From assembly GCA_021324975.1 (NCBI GenBank), contig JAJPIA010000101.1, forward strand, positions 81,301 through 145,300: a stretch of DNA of 64,000 bases. The letters are read 5' to 3'. Source of the stretch: Bacillota bacterium. Its GTDB lineage: Bacteria; Sysuimicrobiota; Sysuimicrobiia; Sysuimicrobiales; Segetimicrobiaceae. Below the pieces are notes generated by a model that saw only the letters and a program-made list of their open reading frames with translations, was not told where the DNA came from and searched no databases. Within the stretch, counting starts at the first letter, position 1. Each line of letters opens with the position of its first letter. This document shows, in pieces, positions 59,358 through 64,000 of the stretch. The position numbers and the translations under genes were made by a program.

Positions 59358-60229
59358 TCACCGGTCGCTCACGGCGGCCTTGAGGTCGCGGACAAACGCG
59401 CCGACGCGGCCCAGATCCTCCGGGTCCTCCTCGAGCATCCTGACGAGCGCGCTCCCGACGATCACGCCGTCCGCGTAGCGCGCCACCTCCCGGGCCTGGC
59501 CGGGCCGGCTGATGCCGAAGCCGACGCACACCGGGGTCTCGGAGGCGGCACGGATCCGCCCGACCAGCTCGGCCAGCTCCGGCGGCACCTCGTCGCGCAC
59601 GCCGGTCACGCCGGTGCGCGACACGCAATAAATGAAGCCTGTCGAGGCGCCGGCGACGGAGCGGATCCGCGCATCGGTGCTGGTCGGCGCCAGGAGAAAG
59701 ATCGTGGCCAGCCCCGCCGCCCCTCCCTCCGCGACGAGGACATCGCCTTCCTCGGGCGGCAGATCGGCCGTGATCACGCCGTCGAGTCCCGCCGCCACGG
59801 CCTCGCGGCAGAACGCGGCGAGGCCATGGTGGAGCAGCAAATTGTAGTAGGTCATGAACACGAGCGGCACGCCCGTGTGCTCCCGGATGCGTGCGACGAG
59901 TGCGAGCGCGCCTCCGAGCGTCATACCACCGGCAAGCGCCCGGAAGCCGGCGCGCTGGTTCACCGGGCCGTCGGCGATAGGGTCGCTGAAGGGCACACCG
60001 AGCTCGATCGCGTCCGCGCCCGCGGCGACCAGCAGCTCCACCAGCCGCTCCGTCGCCGCGGGGTCCGGGTCCCCCGCCATGACGTACGGCACCAGCACCC
60101 GCCGGCCGGCCGCCCGCGCGGCGCCCAGAACGCGGACGAGCCGGTTGTCCCGGAGGGCTGCCGTGGAGGTCGGCGCGGCGGCCCGCCGCGCCGCGGACCG
60201 GCCCGTTCCGGCGGCCGCGCGGGACCGGC

Positions 60230-60233
<4 letters not shown>
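59358..60233 (-). CDS. trpA: Tryptophan synthase alpha
   Basis: [31 protein letters not shown]. Confidence 0.97.
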
Positions 60234-61446
<1,213 letters not shown>

Positions 61447-61450
<4 letters not shown>

Positions 61451-62073
61451 GGTCGCACCTCCCCGTTGCACCGGGTCACCTGCGCGATAAACGCGCGGAT
61501 CTTAACGGGATCCTTCTCCCCGTGCGTCTCCACGCCCGACGCCACGTCCACCGCGTACGGCCGCGCCGCCTCGATCGCGGCCGCCACATTCTCCTGGGTG
61601 AGCCCGCCCGAGAGGATCACGCGCCCGGACGCGTGCGCGGCCCGCGCGAGCGTCCAGTCGAACGTCTGCCCGGTTCCGCCCATCGCGCCGGGGACATGGG
61701 CGTCGAGCAGAAACGCGGCCACGCGATACCGCTCGAGCTGCCGGAGGCTCCCGGCGTCGCGGATCTTGATCGCCTTGATCACGTGGCGGTCGAAGCGATC
61801 GCAGAACTCCGGGGTCTCCTCGCCGTGAAACTGCAGCGCGTCGAGCGCGCACACGTCCGCGATCTTGCGGACGACCTCGGCCTCCTCGTTGGCGAACACG
61901 CCGACCTTGGCCACAAACGGCGGAACGGCGCGCGCGATGGCCCGCGCGGTCTCCGGAGCGACGTAGCGCCGTCCCGGGCGCCAGAAATTCAGGCCGATCG
62001 CGTCGGCCCCGGCCTCCACCGCGGCCAGCGCATCCTCCAACCGCCGGATTCCGCAGATCTTGACGCGGACCAT
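61447..62073 (-). CDS. trpF: Phosphoribosylanthranilate isomerase
   Basis: [26 protein letters not shown]. Confidence 0.96.
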
Positions 62074-63143
62074 CAGCCTCCCCGCGCGCGCGCCGCGGCC
62101 TCGAAGTAGTCCATCCCCATGCGCTCGAGGCAGAGCGCCACCGTCTGCTGGGCCTCGCGGCGCGCGACCCGGCTGCCCTCGACGAGGATCTCCTCGAGCC
62201 GTCCGGGCGTCGCGGCCCACGCGGCGCGGCGCTCGCGTATCGGGGCGAGAAACTCGTTGAGCGCCCGCGCGAGGCGCTTCTTGACCTCGACATCGCCCAC
62301 GGTGCCCTTGCGGTACCGCGCCTTGAGCTCCTCGACCTCGGCGGCGTCTCTGTTGAAGGCGTCGTGGTAGATGAAGACGGGGTTGCCCTCGACGTGACCG
62401 GGGTCGGTCGGATGGATCCGCGTCGGGTCGGTGAACATCCGGCTCACCTTCTTCTCGACCGTCGCCGCGTCGTCGGAGAGGTAGATCGCGTTGTCGAGCG
62501 ACTTGCTCATCTTGGCCTGACCGTCGGTCCCGACGAGCGTGCCGACCCGTCCGGTGATGGTCTCCGGCTCGGGAAACACGGGCCCGTACAACTCGTTGAA
62601 CCGCCGCGCGACCTCGCGCGTGACCTCGAGATGGCTCGACTGGTCCTTGCCCACGGGCACGACGTCGGCGCGCACCATGAGGATGTCGGCCGCCTGGAGG
62701 ACGGGGTACGAGAGGAGCCCGAGGGTCGCCGTCTCGAGCCGGAGGTCCCGCATCACCTCCTTCAGCGTCGGCACGCGCTGCAGGCGCGGGACCGTGGTCA
62801 GCATCGAAAAGATCAGGTAGAGCACCGCGACCTCCGGCACCAACGACTGCACGTAGATCGTGCTTCGCTCCGGATCGATCCCGACGCTCAGGTAGTCGAG
62901 CACCAGGTCGCGGATATTCTGGGCGATCTCGTGGGTCCGCTCCACGCCGGTCGTGAGCACATGGTAGTCGGCCACCAGGAAGAAGCACTCGTACTCCTCC
63001 TGCAGCCGCAGGCGGTTCTCCAGGGAGCCCACGTAGTGCCCCAGGTGCAGCTTCCCCGTCGGCCGGTCGCCGGTCAGCAGTCGCCCCTGTTTGCCCGGCA
63101 CCGCCGGCCGGATCGACGTCCTATGGATCTGTGTCTCCGTCAT
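62073..63143 (-). CDS. trpS: Tryptophan--tRNA ligase
   Basis: [32 protein letters not shown]. Confidence 0.97.
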   Translation of the reverse strand: MTETQIHRTSIRPAVPGKQGRLLTGDRPTGKLHLGHYVGSLENRLRLQEEYECFFLVADYHVLTTGVERTHEIAQNIRDLVLDYLSVGIDPERSTIYVQSLVPEVAVLYLIFSMLTTVPRLQRVPTLKEVMRDLRLETATLGLLSYPVLQAADILMVRADVVPVGKDQSSHLEVTREVARRFNELYGPVFPEPETITGRVGTLVGTDGQAKMSKSLDNAIYLSDDAATVEKKVSRMFTDPTRIHPTDPGHVEGNPVFIYHDAFNRDAAEVEELKARYRKGTVGDVEVKKRLARALNEFLAPIRERRAAWAATPGRLEEILVEGSRVARREAQQTVALCLERMGMDYFEAAARARGG

Positions 63144-63165
63144 GCCGCCTCCTGTGTGGCCGACC

Positions 63166-63987
63166 TTAGCGTTCCGTGCCCGCGCGCCGTGCGTGCGGAT
63201 GCCCGAGGAGCTCGCGGACGCGCGCGGCGGGATCCGCGGACCGCATCAGCGCCGTGCCGACGAGCACGGCGTCGACCCTCAGGCGCTCCAGTTCCTCGAC
63301 GTGTCCGCGTGTCTCGATGCCGCTCTCGGCCACGATGCGCGGGCCGGCGGGCACGAGCGGCCGCAGCCGCCGCGTCGTCTCCAGCGTCGTCTCCAGCGTG
63401 TCCAGGTTGCGGTTGTTGATGCCGAGGACGGCCGGCCGCGCGGCGAGCGCGCGCCGGAGCTCGTCCTCGGAGTGCACCTCCACCAGCGCGGCCATTCCGA
63501 GCTCCGCGGCCAGTCCCTGGAGGTCGCGCAGCGCGCCGGCGTCGAGGATCGCCGCGATCAGGAGCACCGCGTCCGCCGCGAGCGTCCGGGCCTCGTACAC
63601 CTGGTACGGATCCAGCGTGAAGTCCTTGCGCAGCACCGGCACCGGCACCGCGCGCCGCACCATCGCAAGATGCTCGTCGGCGCCGTGGAAGAACCGCGCG
63701 TCCGTGAGCACGGACACGGCCGCCGCGCCGTGCTCGGCGTAGGTGCGCGCCACCGCGGCCGGATCGAACGTCTCGCGGATCACGCCGGCCGACGGCGACG
63801 CACCTTTGACCTCGGCAATGAGGCGCACCGGCGGACCCTGGATCGCGGCCGCGAACCCGCGCGCCGGCGGTGCGTCCGCGGCGCGCCGGCGGATGTCCTC
63901 GAGCGGAACGCGCCGGCGGCGCGCCGTGAGCTCCTCCCGCTTGTGCGCGACGATCGCGCCCAACACTCCCACCCGGCTCACCTCCAT
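63166..63987 (-). CDS. trpC: Indole-3-glycerol phosphate synthase
   Basis: IAEVK.ASPS, SVLTD, LRKDF, GINNRNL, AESGI. Confidence 0.97.
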   Translation of the reverse strand: MEVSRVGVLGAIVAHKREELTARRRRVPLEDIRRRAADAPPARGFAAAIQGPPVRLIAEVKGASPSAGVIRETFDPAAVARTYAEHGAAAVSVLTDARFFHGADEHLAMVRRAVPVPVLRKDFTLDPYQVYEARTLAADAVLLIAAILDAGALRDLQGLAAELGMAALVEVHSEDELRRALAARPAVLGINNRNLDTLETTLETTRRLRPLVPAGPRIVAESGIETRGHVEELERLRVDAVLVGTALMRSADPAARVRELLGHPHARRAGTER

Positions 63988-64000
63988 GGAGCCGCCGCGG

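Overview
High-GC bacterial DNA; the lineage cannot be assigned from sequence alone. Core-looking genes flank a long accessory zone. On the left are carbohydrate ABC permeases and an alpha/beta-fold gene (1-2468). On the right (54.4-64 kb) are tRNA-Lys(UUU), a penicillin acylase, a FabL-like SDR, citrate synthase and a trpC-trpS-trpF-trpB-trpA operon. A ~19.3-kb integrative element sits at the tRNA-Lys 3' end. It has a duplicated tRNA 3' half at 35104-35156, arm-type repeats at both ends and a tyrosine integrase decapitated by an IS21 remnant. Its cargo includes an out-of-context rpoZ, a STAS protein, GT4, Hsp20, a glycogen-debranching-type hydrolase and a SARP-STAND regulator with copper-protein genes. 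The 10-35 kb stretch is a patchwork of intact genes and gene fragments. The best candidate for an undescribed system is a minus-strand five-gene cluster at 3549-9251. Two back-to-back CRP boxes precede a group-2 sigma70, a CRP, a cytoplasmic papain-like protease, a cyclase-STAND-TPR protein and an unannotated 44-aa K/R-rich peptide, which together suggest a self-contained cyclic-nucleotide feedback switch. The second candidate is a riboswitch-like structured leader upstream of the FabL-like gene. All family calls are from motif recognition, not database searches.
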